A DNA stretch of 64,000 nucleotides, taken from IMG/VR virus record IMGVR_UViG_3300033141_004135. One strand, given 5' to 3'. A program made the position numbers and the translations under genes. Below are positions 17,170-27,265 of this stretch, piece by piece (the stretch's first letter is position 1; the number at the start of each line of letters is the position of its first letter). The notes under the pieces are model-generated. The model had not been told where the DNA came from. It saw nothing but the letters and a program-made list of their open reading frames with translations, and ran no database searches. The DNA is from an uncultured virus (IMG/VR IMGVR_UViG_3300033141_004135) (taxonomy: Duplodnaviria; Heunggongvirae; Uroviricota; Caudoviricetes).

Positions 17170-19033
17170 TGATCTGGTAATATCCTTAACAATTAAGGAG
17201 ACCAGCAATCTCGGAAAGCTTAAAAAACAACTAGATCAATTAATGTCTACTAAAGCTGGTGGTAAATTCGAATTTAGCATACCTAAAAAATTATTTACAG
17301 ATATAAGATATATAAGAGAAAGTGTAAATTATCTCATACCAAACACTTTATATAGTTTTAAACAAAAAGAACAATTCATGGAACAATCAACAAGAATTGC
17401 TTTACAAATGACTAAAGCTACAGATCAGTTCATAGATTATCTTTTTTCTGGAAGACAAGCAGCTAAAAATATAGAAAGATACGCAAAAACATTCGGAATA
17501 CAATTTGAAAAGGGTAAAACGCCAATAGAAGAAGTAAAACAAGAAGTCGAAAAAATGTTGAGATTATACATCCATCAAGTAATAGAAAAATTTTATATGT
17601 ATTCTGAGGGGATAGGATTGGGTGAAAAGGCAGATGCTATTTCAAAAATGGTTACTCGAATGCTCTCCGAACTTAAATTATCTAGAGTAGATCCGAAGAC
17701 TCTGTTTACTAACTTATACAGTCTATTAGAGGAAGATAGAGCTTTTTGGAGAGATGTTTTTGAAAAAATAGGAGCAACTGTCGAGGAAGAAGTTAAATTA
17801 TATGGCGTTAGAAAAGATTTTTTCGAAAAATATGAAGAATTGAGTAAAAAAGAAAAAAAATTAATAGATATAGATAAATGGTTGGAAGGTACAGATGAAA
17901 AACTAGATAATGTATTTAAATCTCTTGAATCTGGGCAAAGTTCTATGGATGCTTTTCTTAAGATTTTGGGGGAGCAAGATTATACAAAAGGAGAGGAAAC
18001 ATTATTAGACGCAATAAATGAGTTAAGTGAAAAAAGAATAGTAGAAATAATGAAAAGTATGTTCTCTGTTTATAAGAAGACATTAGAAAGAGGAGAATAT
18101 GAACCATTCAAACCAGTGTTAACTACAAAAATGAAGGAACTTTTAATGAAAGAATTAAAAATGAAAGCAGGAATAGGAGATTTAACCGATTTAATAAGCA
18201 TAGACTTATTGATAAGCGGAAAAGTAGATGATCTTAAAGAATCATTAACAAAGTTGTTCGGATCAAATGAGAAATTTCTAAAAAATATTTTGGAAACATT
18301 AAAGAAAACTGGTCAGTTGTTCGTAGAATTAAAGAGTTTGTTCCGTGGAACACAACAACAAGAAAGAAAATTAGAAGCAGAAAAAAGCATAGCTGGTGAA
18401 TCATTAGTAATGATAGCACAAGGAATTACAGAAAAGGGATTTGATCGTTTAGAACATATGTTAATACCTCATATAGAGCTATTGAATCAATACGTAAAGA
18501 AATTGCTGGGAATAGTAGAACCGTTAAAAACAGAAGAAGAGTTATTAGAAAAGATACGGAAACTCGTAAAAGAAAGAGCAGAAAACCTAGATCAAAGATT
18601 AAATGAACTAGCCGATACAGTAAAGGAACTTTTAGAATTTGCTCCTGAAGAAGAAAAGGTAAAAATAAAAAAAGTGATAAAACAAATAAATACCATAACC
18701 CAAAAAACCATAAAAACCGTAGAAACACAAGAATCTGTAGAAAAAACGAATAAATTATTAGAAAATATAATTAACGAATTAAAAGAAACCACATCAGAAG
18801 AAATAGAAAAGCAAAAAATCGAGGATCTAATATCATCCATACAAAAATTAAGGGAGATAAAAAAAGGCGAAGATTTAGAAAATTTAGCAAAAACGACTTT
18901 GAATAAACTAAACGAGCTAGAAAAGAAAGTAGAAGATAAAGACAATGAACTTTTAGAGATGTTAAAAGAGTTAAAAAAGTTATTGAAGTCTGGTAATTTA
19001 CCGCCAAGACAAGAACCAAAAAGAGGTTTCTAA
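17156..19033 (+). CDS. Tape-measure-position helical protein with possible embedded PD-(D/E)xK domain
   Basis: TMP-like N-terminus (VDDLVISLTI), coiled-coil C-terminus, synteny; internal IDLLI...FVELK. Confidence 0.55.
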   Translation: MVTVDDLVISLTIKETSNLGKLKKQLDQLMSTKAGGKFEFSIPKKLFTDIRYIRESVNYLIPNTLYSFKQKEQFMEQSTRIALQMTKATDQFIDYLFSGRQAAKNIERYAKTFGIQFEKGKTPIEEVKQEVEKMLRLYIHQVIEKFYMYSEGIGLGEKADAISKMVTRMLSELKLSRVDPKTLFTNLYSLLEEDRAFWRDVFEKIGATVEEEVKLYGVRKDFFEKYEELSKKEKKLIDIDKWLEGTDEKLDNVFKSLESGQSSMDAFLKILGEQDYTKGEETLLDAINELSEKRIVEIMKSMFSVYKKTLERGEYEPFKPVLTTKMKELLMKELKMKAGIGDLTDLISIDLLISGKVDDLKESLTKLFGSNEKFLKNILETLKKTGQLFVELKSLFRGTQQQERKLEAEKSIAGESLVMIAQGITEKGFDRLEHMLIPHIELLNQYVKKLLGIVEPLKTEEELLEKIRKLVKERAENLDQRLNELADTVKELLEFAPEEEKVKIKKVIKQINTITQKTIKTVETQESVEKTNKLLENIINELKETTSEEIEKQKIEDLISSIQKLREIKKGEDLENLAKTTLNKLNELEKKVEDKDNELLEMLKELKKLLKSGNLPPRQEPKRGF

Positions 19034-19034
19034 A

Positions 19035-20366
19035 ATGGCGAGGAATAGAAACGCTTGGGTTCTTAGAAGAGCTGGTACTCTAGCGGCGTGCCAGGAAGCT
19101 GCATTTGCTGGCATAGATAGAGGTATGGCTACTACTTTTCTATTTAGACTTTCAAGAGCAACTGATAGAAGTAAAGGAAGATATTACCAAGAATTTTTAA
19201 AATTACTTTCCATCGCTAATGATGAGACAAACAGAGAAGCAGCTCAACTAGCACAGAGATATGTAAACTTACTGTTAAATGCCTACACAGATCAACAATT
19301 TAATAGATTGATAATACAGCACGCAAGTATATTTAATATGATACAATCTACAGCTGCTGCTACTCAACCACAATCCGAAGAGGTTGAACCACCGGAATTT
19401 GTAGAACCACCTCCAGAAGATAGTCCAGAACCAGATCCGACTATATTACAAAGGGTTGCCAATATAATTAAGAACTATGTTTCAAGAGGATATAAAATAT
19501 TAAAAACAAACGAATACGTCAAACAGCTGTTATCATACGTTGCCCCACTAACTACATATTACATACAAAATAATCTACCTCTCGTTAGGAAGACTGGAAC
19601 CCAAATGTTTGATGATCTAATGGTCGCCGAACAATCTACAGCCTGCGTCGTCGGTGTTGTTCCTTTAACACATGTGCAGGAAATAGAAGTCGCAAGATCT
19701 GGAAGAATACTAAAATTTAGAGCTACTGGAAGCGTTTTTCTGGCAAACCAAGAAGGCGGCTTGGATGCTATAAGAGTAGAAGGATATTTTATAAGGGGTG
19801 GAATTATGAAACTCATTTCTCTAATAGCTCTTCAAGCTTATTCGACTGGAAAGAGAAAAGAAATAAGCCCTAACATGCTTCAGGGGATAAGTTCATTAAT
19901 ACAACTTAGAAAGGCACTAACCGCTTCCAACATAAACCCGTTAATGGAAAAACCATCTTATGTGTATCATAATACGTTTCCGTTTGTTAGCAAGCATGTG
20001 ATAATCCCAAATGTCTACATAGAAACAATATCGTTTGAAGAAAAAGTCGTATTTGGAAAAGATGTGATAGCATACTCGATCTTGATGAGAACTTATACGA
20101 AACCGACGAGTTTTGTGCTGTATAAACGTTCAGATACGAGTGCTTTTTATGGAATGCTCGACTCAAGAAAAACAAAAACCTTAAGAATGGTGGAATTTTT
20201 TGTTAATGCAGCGAGAAGATTTGCTCAATCACAAAACGTGCTTTTAAACGAGAGAGAATGGAAGATAAAATACAACCAAGCCGGAATGGATGATGTATAT
20301 TATGAGATAGACGCTTTAGATTTAGCCTCAAGCGTCGTATTAGGAATAATAGGGTTGAAATTATGA
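19035..20366 (+). CDS. Putative tube-initiator/baseplate hub protein, paralog 1
   Basis: Shares ILK(F/Y)RATG.xFLA.QEGG and TFP...YIET...YSI..R.Y with the next gene; Pro/Glu linker. Confidence 0.55.
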   Translation: MARNRNAWVLRRAGTLAACQEAAFAGIDRGMATTFLFRLSRATDRSKGRYYQEFLKLLSIANDETNREAAQLAQRYVNLLLNAYTDQQFNRLIIQHASIFNMIQSTAAATQPQSEEVEPPEFVEPPPEDSPEPDPTILQRVANIIKNYVSRGYKILKTNEYVKQLLSYVAPLTTYYIQNNLPLVRKTGTQMFDDLMVAEQSTACVVGVVPLTHVQEIEVARSGRILKFRATGSVFLANQEGGLDAIRVEGYFIRGGIMKLISLIALQAYSTGKRKEISPNMLQGISSLIQLRKALTASNINPLMEKPSYVYHNTFPFVSKHVIIPNVYIETISFEEKVVFGKDVIAYSILMRTYTKPTSFVLYKRSDTSAFYGMLDSRKTKTLRMVEFFVNAARRFAQSQNVLLNEREWKIKYNQAGMDDVYYEIDALDLASSVVLGIIGLKL

Positions 20367-21538
20367 TATTAAAAGGATTGACTTTAGAAGGTCTTTTAAA
20401 TGCTAATTTATCGCCGAAAGATGTTTCAAAAATATCATTAGGAATTGGAGCTACTCTAATACCGTTTATTACTGTTATGGCTCAAGGTCATCTATTAAGT
20501 GTATTAAAGAGGCCAGATCTCCTTTCTACGGAGTTTTATAAAACAGACATAAAGAACATATTCTTAAACATAGCTTCGGTTACTTATTCTCTATTCAAAT
20601 ACTACTTTCCAGGTTATGGCGGTATAACACCAGCTTGTGTTATTGCAGGATTTCCAATGCCGAGCCTTCAAGAAGTAAGTCATGCTTCCTCTGATTTGAT
20701 TCTAAAATATAGAGCTACCGGCGGGATCTTCTTAGCTCATCAAGAAGGCGGTGAACAAACGTTAAGATTGGTCGGAAAAGCTTTCGGACTTAATAGATAT
20801 ATATTCCTAACAGTTTTAGACATGTTGTTTCTATATGGAAGTGCCAGAATATATGACTTGTTCATAAATCTCTTTAATAATAGTAACGTTCAAATAGGAA
20901 ATTTAAACAGTGGTAATTTGGCTCAAGTAGATCCTTGGTTAGAGGTTAGAAAATATCCGATCGATGAAGGTAGAGTCGAAAAACATCTTACTTTTCCAGT
21001 CATAACAAAAACTAGGGTTTATATGAACATGTATATAGAAACGTACGATTATGTCGAAAGTGTAGAAGAAGGAATGAACTGCATAAAATATTCAATATTC
21101 CTAAGAAAATACATACCTCCATATCCCTATAAATTTGCTGAATATGAAACTCCGTCGAAAACTAAATTAAAATACTACGCAGAAAATAAAAACGATGAAA
21201 TAATAAACACATTAAGAATGTTAGATATTTATTTGGATTATTCGTACACATCTCTAATGATATTAAGTAGATTTTTAAATTTAATGAGTCTAACTAGGTA
21301 CCAAAAAGCAGAGGAAAAACAACAATCGTTGAAAACAAAAGGAATAGCAAACACCGAAAGAAAAGAAAGACTTAGCGAAAATATGGCACTAATAACATCT
21401 TTGAACTTGAATAAACAATCTGGAGGAGATGATCATTTTGATAAGATGTTGTCTGATACGGTCTCTACTATAACAGATAGTAATGATTTGGTTAACCTAA
21501 CAATAGAAGAAAAAGAAGAGTTGGTGGTAATTGACTAA
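20363..21538 (+). CDS. Putative tube-initiator/baseplate hub protein, paralog 2
   Basis: Clear paralogy to 19035-20366; synteny. Confidence 0.55.
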   Translation: MILKGLTLEGLLNANLSPKDVSKISLGIGATLIPFITVMAQGHLLSVLKRPDLLSTEFYKTDIKNIFLNIASVTYSLFKYYFPGYGGITPACVIAGFPMPSLQEVSHASSDLILKYRATGGIFLAHQEGGEQTLRLVGKAFGLNRYIFLTVLDMLFLYGSARIYDLFINLFNNSNVQIGNLNSGNLAQVDPWLEVRKYPIDEGRVEKHLTFPVITKTRVYMNMYIETYDYVESVEEGMNCIKYSIFLRKYIPPYPYKFAEYETPSKTKLKYYAENKNDEIINTLRMLDIYLDYSYTSLMILSRFLNLMSLTRYQKAEEKQQSLKTKGIANTERKERLSENMALITSLNLNKQSGGDDHFDKMLSDTVSTITDSNDLVNLTIEEKEELVVID

Positions 21539-23297
21539 TACCGGTTGGGTAATTAGATTCTTTAATGTGAGAGATTATAAAGATACATATCAATTCGTTG
21601 GAAACTATCCACAGTTAGGAGATAGACAAGAAGATGAAATAATCGTTTTTAGCGGAATGTATGGAATAGACGATTATATATTGTGGTACATACACAAAAA
21701 TATCGAATTGTATGATTTTAGTGCCGTCAACATCGAATTGGAACTGCACCTCGATAGAAATACGAGCATGCCGTTTTGGAGAAGAATATATAAAGTAATG
21801 GACGTTACTTATGATCCTAATGAAGGAAAGTATGTATTATACGGCATCTCATTGGAAACAGCGATATTACAAACATTGTTGGTCGAATACGAGATAACTT
21901 CTCTTAATTATAAGGAAAACAGAACTGCCGAAGAAGTATTAAAAGAAGTTTTGGTAGACAACGGAATATTAAAAGGAGTTGTTTATGTAGAGGTTCCTCA
22001 CGAAAAAGAGCTGAGAAACTTTGAATATAGAACTTTATCATTTAATAGAGAATGGTCTGTTTATGATTTCATTTCTTACATAGCCGATCAAAACAAGTTT
22101 GAATGGTTCGTAAGAGATAATGTTTTATATATTGGTAAGGAAATAAAAGCGTTTAAACACATGAACTCGACGAGGAAGTTCGACATAGAAACAGATAACG
22201 TCGCAGATTCGGTTTGGTTTAGAAAATACGTTGGAATGACCAGACCGATGGATGTGATGTCTCATATTGACGGGATTTGGAGATGTGTCTGGGCAAAACA
22301 CTCTGTTGGAGCTAGCGGTGGAATATCGAAAGGCTGCTTTTCTAGAATAGGAATAGGAACACTAAATAAGGAAAATTATTTGAGAACGTTAGAAGGCGAA
22401 TATGAAAGAACCATGGCTTCTAAATTGTTTTCGAAAGATTTAAGTTCTTCTCATTACATCATGATAGGGAATGTGTTAAAAGATGAGGGAGAAGAGAAAC
22501 ATGTGGATATGGTTTCGGTACAAAAAAACAAGGATTTATACAAGATAAACACGCCAAGCGAAATTAAAATAGATAGAGAAGATACGTCGAAATATTTGTT
22601 GTTATATGTTAAAGAAAACGTCGATAGATCAACACCTTACTTGGATTATAAAGCAGGTGTATTATTCCCCTCCTTGCAGTTAGAAGATGATAAATTACCG
22701 CCTAATTGCATCGTTTTCCAGCCTTATGGAAAAGAAGAATCTCCAGTGATCGGACCCTTTGTTTTCGGCAACTCCGAGGATTCTTTTTCGATACCTAAGA
22801 AGGATAAGGATGATTTTAGGTTCCAGCTCCCGGATGGATTCTGCATTTATAAGAAGAAGGGAGGAAAGTTTTATTTACAATTGTTGGATTCGGATTCCGA
22901 ATCGATTCCAGAAGAAGATGAAGAGAAATCATATATTGTGATGGACGAAAACGGCAAGATAAAAATAAACCAAAGTAAAGAGTGTTTCTTAGAGATTGAT
23001 TCTAACAAAAACATAACTTTGCAGAAAGATAATAATACGATCATAAAAATAAACCAAAGTGGAACGATTGATGTGAATACGAGCGGTACTGTAAACATCG
23101 GAGCTAATGCTAGTGCAGTTAATATAGCTGGTGGGGCAAAAGCATTGGCTCACGCATTTCATAAACACGGATTCCCACATGTTCATCCGGTACCGAATGG
23201 TCCTCTTATTACAGGACCTCCAGGTGTTACATCTCAACAAACGACGTTAGAAACCCAACCTTGTACGGATAATACAACAAAAACGAAGGCTGATTAA
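21531..23297 (+). CDS. Baseplate hub-central spike fusion (VgrG-like)
   Basis: Hub-like 'FISYIADQNKFEWFVRDNVLYIG', C-terminal beta-repeat and HxH...HxH apex motif. Confidence 0.7.
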   Translation: MTNTGWVIRFFNVRDYKDTYQFVGNYPQLGDRQEDEIIVFSGMYGIDDYILWYIHKNIELYDFSAVNIELELHLDRNTSMPFWRRIYKVMDVTYDPNEGKYVLYGISLETAILQTLLVEYEITSLNYKENRTAEEVLKEVLVDNGILKGVVYVEVPHEKELRNFEYRTLSFNREWSVYDFISYIADQNKFEWFVRDNVLYIGKEIKAFKHMNSTRKFDIETDNVADSVWFRKYVGMTRPMDVMSHIDGIWRCVWAKHSVGASGGISKGCFSRIGIGTLNKENYLRTLEGEYERTMASKLFSKDLSSSHYIMIGNVLKDEGEEKHVDMVSVQKNKDLYKINTPSEIKIDREDTSKYLLLYVKENVDRSTPYLDYKAGVLFPSLQLEDDKLPPNCIVFQPYGKEESPVIGPFVFGNSEDSFSIPKKDKDDFRFQLPDGFCIYKKKGGKFYLQLLDSDSESIPEEDEEKSYIVMDENGKIKINQSKECFLEIDSNKNITLQKDNNTIIKINQSGTIDVNTSGTVNIGANASAVNIAGGAKALAHAFHKHGFPHVHPVPNGPLITGPPGVTSQQTTLETQPCTDNTTKTKAD

Positions 23298-23299
23298 AA

Positions 23300-25750
23300 A
23301 TGAGTTGGTATGTTAAAGGCGGTTCAGAATATGCGGATGACGACAATCCGAGCATTTGGGCTTATGTAGATATTGACGGATTCCCAACGGGAGATTTTGA
23401 AAATAGAAAATGGAGTGATATCGCCGAAAAGGATCCGTTTTTCTGGTTTGGGAATAGCGGTACTAAAGCCTCTCCAGAGGAAAGGTTCGAAGTCGGATTA
23501 TATGATAATTATAGGTTGAGTTTTAGATCTTCGGGGATATTTGGCTGGCATGAAGCCTCTGGAGAATGGTACAATATGTTTTCTGGTGCTGGTGGTGGTG
23601 GAGGAGATGATCTTGGGAATCATAAAGCCACACAAGATCTCGATATGTCTAATTATTCGATTCTTAACTGCATGAATCATTTAACTGGAGCAACTTACAA
23701 AGATTTGGATGATTGGTTTAATGTTGTGGAATCTGCGGCAGTAATAAGCGGAGGAACCATTACGGATAATGGAGATGGGACGATAACAGTGGCTGCTGGA
23801 AAAGGAATCATAAAATCAGCAGATACTGAAGTTGCTCCATCGTTTTTCTTTGATTGGGCTGAAGATTCATCGGTCTCCCTTACCGATGATTCTCTTAATT
23901 ATATTTACATTGATTATAATGGCGGAAATCCGATCATTTCGGCCACAACAAATCTTTCAAGCATAGATCATAGAACAAAAATGTGCATTGGAAGAGTGTA
24001 TCGGGAAGACACTACACTCAACATAATGAATACTTGTATAACTACCACAGAGATTTCTCTTAATATATGTAGAAGATTAACAGAAGTTTACGGCTTCGAT
24101 AGGAGCTCTGGAATGATAACTTCTGAAACTGGTACTAGAAACATTGCGATTACGGCTGGTGTTTTTTATTACGGATTGAATCGTTATACAACAGAGGCGT
24201 TTGATAGTTCCGGAACGGACGAGTTCATTTATCTATATAGGGATGGTGGTGGCGGATGGACAAAAGTCATAGGGCAAACTCAAATAGATAACACGCATTA
24301 CGACGATAACTCTGGAACGCTGGCAACACTAACGGCTAATAGGTACGGCGTGCATTGGGTCTACATGCTCGAGGACGGAACGGTTTATGTTGTGTATGGG
24401 CAAGGAGATTACAAGCTCGCAGAGGCACTGGCAGTCTTATCTCCCAATAGTCTTCCGGTGTACATTACCGAAATCGGAATGCTAATTGCTAAAATCATAA
24501 TACAAAAAAATTCTTCGAGTTTTTACGATATAATTATTCCGTTTGAAACTGGTGTGGAATTTGCTCCAGCGACGGATCATGGTGGTTTAGCTGGTTTAGG
24601 AGATGATGATCACACTCAATATCTTCTTGCTAACGGAAGTAGGGGATTAACCTCTAATTGGAATGCGGGAAACTACACCATAACAGCTTCAAATTTTGCG
24701 ATACATGATAATGGGGTTAACGAGGGATTAATGGGACCATCTAACGCTTGGGGTTTCCATCATCCGACAACGAGTCAGGGAGGATATGACGCTGTAGAGA
24801 TTAAAATTGACGATCCATTTCAAATAAGATACGGTTCGACCAAAATAATTGAGATAGATACTAGTGGGAACATAACTACTGTTGGTAATGTAGATGGTGT
24901 TGATGTTTCTGCGTTAAAAAGTGATGTGGATGGATTCCCTAATGAGTTGAAAAATTTGGTCACCGCCGAGATCCAACAGTTAGAAAACATAGGTTCTACC
25001 ACAATTTCATCCACTCAATGGGGTTATTTAGGTTCGTTGGATCAATCACTATCAACTTCAGACAGTCCATCATTTAATACTCTTTCATTAGATACGGTAC
25101 CAACAGATCCTGGAACTACCAGTAAAGTAAATATTGGATTGGGTACTTCTACTGTATTAAGAATTTATACGGATTATGGTTATGTTGATATTGGTCCAGC
25201 AAATACTAGTTGGGTTCATTTTAAGACAGACAGACCCAAATTCTATTTTGATAAACCAATACACAGTCATGGAGGATTTAGATGTTATAATGTTGGAGCA
25301 ACCATAACAGAATTTTCCACCGATGGAACTTTAAGCGGTAATTCTGATTCGGCTGTTCCAACGGAAAAAGCTGTTAAAACATATGTTGATAATCATTTTG
25401 TAGCGACATTTAATGCGGGAACGAACCTATCTGCTGGAAAACTTTGTTATCTTGACACTAATGGAAGGATGAGTCTTGCGGATGCGGATTCAGAATCATC
25501 AGCAAAAACTTTATTAGCCATTAGTTTGGATTCCCCAACAACAGGTAATCCAGGAAGGTTTTTATTAAAGGGATATTACACCACCTCCGGATTATCAACC
25601 GGTTCAATGTATTACGTTTCAACAACAGCTGGTGCATGGACGAATACAGCACCTTCTGGTACGGGAGATATTGTTCGCATAATAGGATATGCTCTAAGTT
25701 CTACAAAGTTGTTTTTCGATCCAGATAAAACATATATAGAGGTTACATAA
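23300..25750 (+). CDS. Tail fibre / receptor-binding protein
   Basis: Gly/Thr/Ser-rich mosaic with phage fibre linkers (DHGGLAGLGDDDHTQY; FSTDGTLSGNSDSAVPTEKAVKTYVD). Confidence 0.8.
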   Translation: MSWYVKGGSEYADDDNPSIWAYVDIDGFPTGDFENRKWSDIAEKDPFFWFGNSGTKASPEERFEVGLYDNYRLSFRSSGIFGWHEASGEWYNMFSGAGGGGGDDLGNHKATQDLDMSNYSILNCMNHLTGATYKDLDDWFNVVESAAVISGGTITDNGDGTITVAAGKGIIKSADTEVAPSFFFDWAEDSSVSLTDDSLNYIYIDYNGGNPIISATTNLSSIDHRTKMCIGRVYREDTTLNIMNTCITTTEISLNICRRLTEVYGFDRSSGMITSETGTRNIAITAGVFYYGLNRYTTEAFDSSGTDEFIYLYRDGGGGWTKVIGQTQIDNTHYDDNSGTLATLTANRYGVHWVYMLEDGTVYVVYGQGDYKLAEALAVLSPNSLPVYITEIGMLIAKIIIQKNSSSFYDIIIPFETGVEFAPATDHGGLAGLGDDDHTQYLLANGSRGLTSNWNAGNYTITASNFAIHDNGVNEGLMGPSNAWGFHHPTTSQGGYDAVEIKIDDPFQIRYGSTKIIEIDTSGNITTVGNVDGVDVSALKSDVDGFPNELKNLVTAEIQQLENIGSTTISSTQWGYLGSLDQSLSTSDSPSFNTLSLDTVPTDPGTTSKVNIGLGTSTVLRIYTDYGYVDIGPANTSWVHFKTDRPKFYFDKPIHSHGGFRCYNVGATITEFSTDGTLSGNSDSAVPTEKAVKTYVDNHFVATFNAGTNLSAGKLCYLDTNGRMSLADADSESSAKTLLAISLDSPTTGNPGRFLLKGYYTTSGLSTGSMYYVSTTAGAWTNTAPSGTGDIVRIIGYALSSTKLFFDPDKTYIEVT

Positions 25751-25752
25751 TA

Positions 25753-26190
25753 ATGACTTATCTAACTAAAATAAACGGTGTTTCCATAGAAATTTTATCT
25801 AAAATAAATGGAATCTCAAAGGATAATCTTAAAAAAATTAATTCTTTAGAGCTTCCTCCAACAACTGGATGGTTTTGGAGAGATGTATCAGATGGGTGGG
25901 ATTATTCATTAACTATTGATTCATACTGGCACACATTATCCTTAACGGTTGTTCCAGATGGAACAGTTGGAGTAATAGTAAGATTTTGGGCAAATACTAA
26001 CATTATAGCTTGGGGAGTGAGAAAGGATGGTAGTAATACTGCCAGTATTCTCGATGGTAATAGAAATGCTAATAATTATGTGATTGGAATGCTAGCTTGT
26101 ACATCCTCAAAAACTATTCAATATAATATAATTCCAAATACTGGTGCAACAGAGGCATATTTATCAATATTAGCATATAAAATTGTGTGA
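25753..26190 (+). CDS. Tail-fibre-associated protein (one D.xWH.L.L..VP.G domain)
   Basis: KING repeats at the N-terminus; C-terminal domain homologous to both halves of the next gene. Confidence 0.65.
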   Translation: MTYLTKINGVSIEILSKINGISKDNLKKINSLELPPTTGWFWRDVSDGWDYSLTIDSYWHTLSLTVVPDGTVGVIVRFWANTNIIAWGVRKDGSNTASILDGNRNANNYVIGMLACTSSKTIQYNIIPNTGATEAYLSILAYKIV

Positions 26191-26905
26191 GAAAATGACA
26201 AGACAATGGGTGTTTAGAGGTTCACAAACAACAGATTGGAATCAATCTACTCTACCAAATCAGGATGGTAATTGGCATGATCTAGATATAAGCAGTAAAG
26301 TTCCAGTAGGAACAAAAATTGTTCTTCTTAGAATGGGTATAGGGAGGGAAACTGGCAGACAAATGTGGGTTAGAAAAGATGATGGAAGCATGATTGCGGG
26401 ATTTGTACATAATCCAGGAGCTTCATTTGTTTGTTGGAATAGAGCACAAGTTTTTTGTGGTGTGACAGAAGAGAGAACAATACAGTATAGAGTAAGTAGT
26501 AGCGGAGCAAAAGGATTGGACTTAACAGTTGCAGCTTGGTATTGCGAAACTACGGGATCTAAATCAATAGTTTTTAGAAGTGGAACGGTACCCAATTATG
26601 ATCAAAGACTTTATTCCCCAGATGGAAATTGGCATAGTATTGACTTAAGCTCGGTGGTTCCGAGTGGTGCGACTGCAGTTTATGTGAGATTAAACTATAA
26701 TGCAAGTACAATCAATCAACCTATTTTTAGAGTAAGAAGAAATTCAACCGCTAGTTTCGAACAATACTGTGCTCCATATAATGGCACAAAACAAACTTAT
26801 GTTTTTTTACCATGTAATACTAATAGAAGTATTGAAGCTCGTGTAGATGGTCATCAAGCTTCATATATGTATCCAGAATTTCTTGTTTTGGGGTGGTATA
26901 TATAA
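26183..26905 (+). CDS. Tail-fibre-associated protein (two tandem DGNWH.xDxS..VP.G domains)
   Basis: Internal duplication: DGNWHDLDISSKVPVGT / DGNWHSIDLSSVVPSGA. Confidence 0.7.
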   Translation: MCEKMTRQWVFRGSQTTDWNQSTLPNQDGNWHDLDISSKVPVGTKIVLLRMGIGRETGRQMWVRKDDGSMIAGFVHNPGASFVCWNRAQVFCGVTEERTIQYRVSSSGAKGLDLTVAAWYCETTGSKSIVFRSGTVPNYDQRLYSPDGNWHSIDLSSVVPSGATAVYVRLNYNASTINQPIFRVRRNSTASFEQYCAPYNGTKQTYVFLPCNTNRSIEARVDGHQASYMYPEFLVLGWYI

Positions 26906-26906
26906 A

Positions 26907-27170
26907 ATGAATAAACTAACAAGAGAAGAAAAAAATACAAATTTAGAAGCATTTTATGTTGAAATGAATCTGGATAAAAATAAAATACTAGAAGCAAACA
27001 AGTATTTAGATCCAGAAACAAATGAATTAAAAATGGATTCATACTCTTGCATATGTTGTTTCTGTAAAAACATTGGTTCGGAAATATGTGATAGATCATG
27101 TTGTAAGACTGGGGAAAAATGCGTTAATTTCTCTCCAATGGAAGACGAAATAAATGAATTTAAAAAGTAA
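26907..27170 (+). CDS. Small Cys-rich protein
   Basis: CICCFC...C...CC...C; ATG 26907 directly after the upstream stop. Confidence 0.6.
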   Translation: MNKLTREEKNTNLEAFYVEMNLDKNKILEANKYLDPETNELKMDSYSCICCFCKNIGSEICDRSCCKTGEKCVNFSPMEDEINEFKK

Positions 27171-27265
27171 ATAACAAAAATTAAAAAATCAAGACTTAGA
27201 AAAAATAAATAACGTTTGATTAATGAAAATAAAAACAATATTCTAAATAAAAAAAGGAGCAACCT

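Noticed and set aside
25753..26905. Diversity-generating retroelement target/template repeats
   Set aside because: The copies are diverged at all bases rather than only at adenines, and no RT is in the window.
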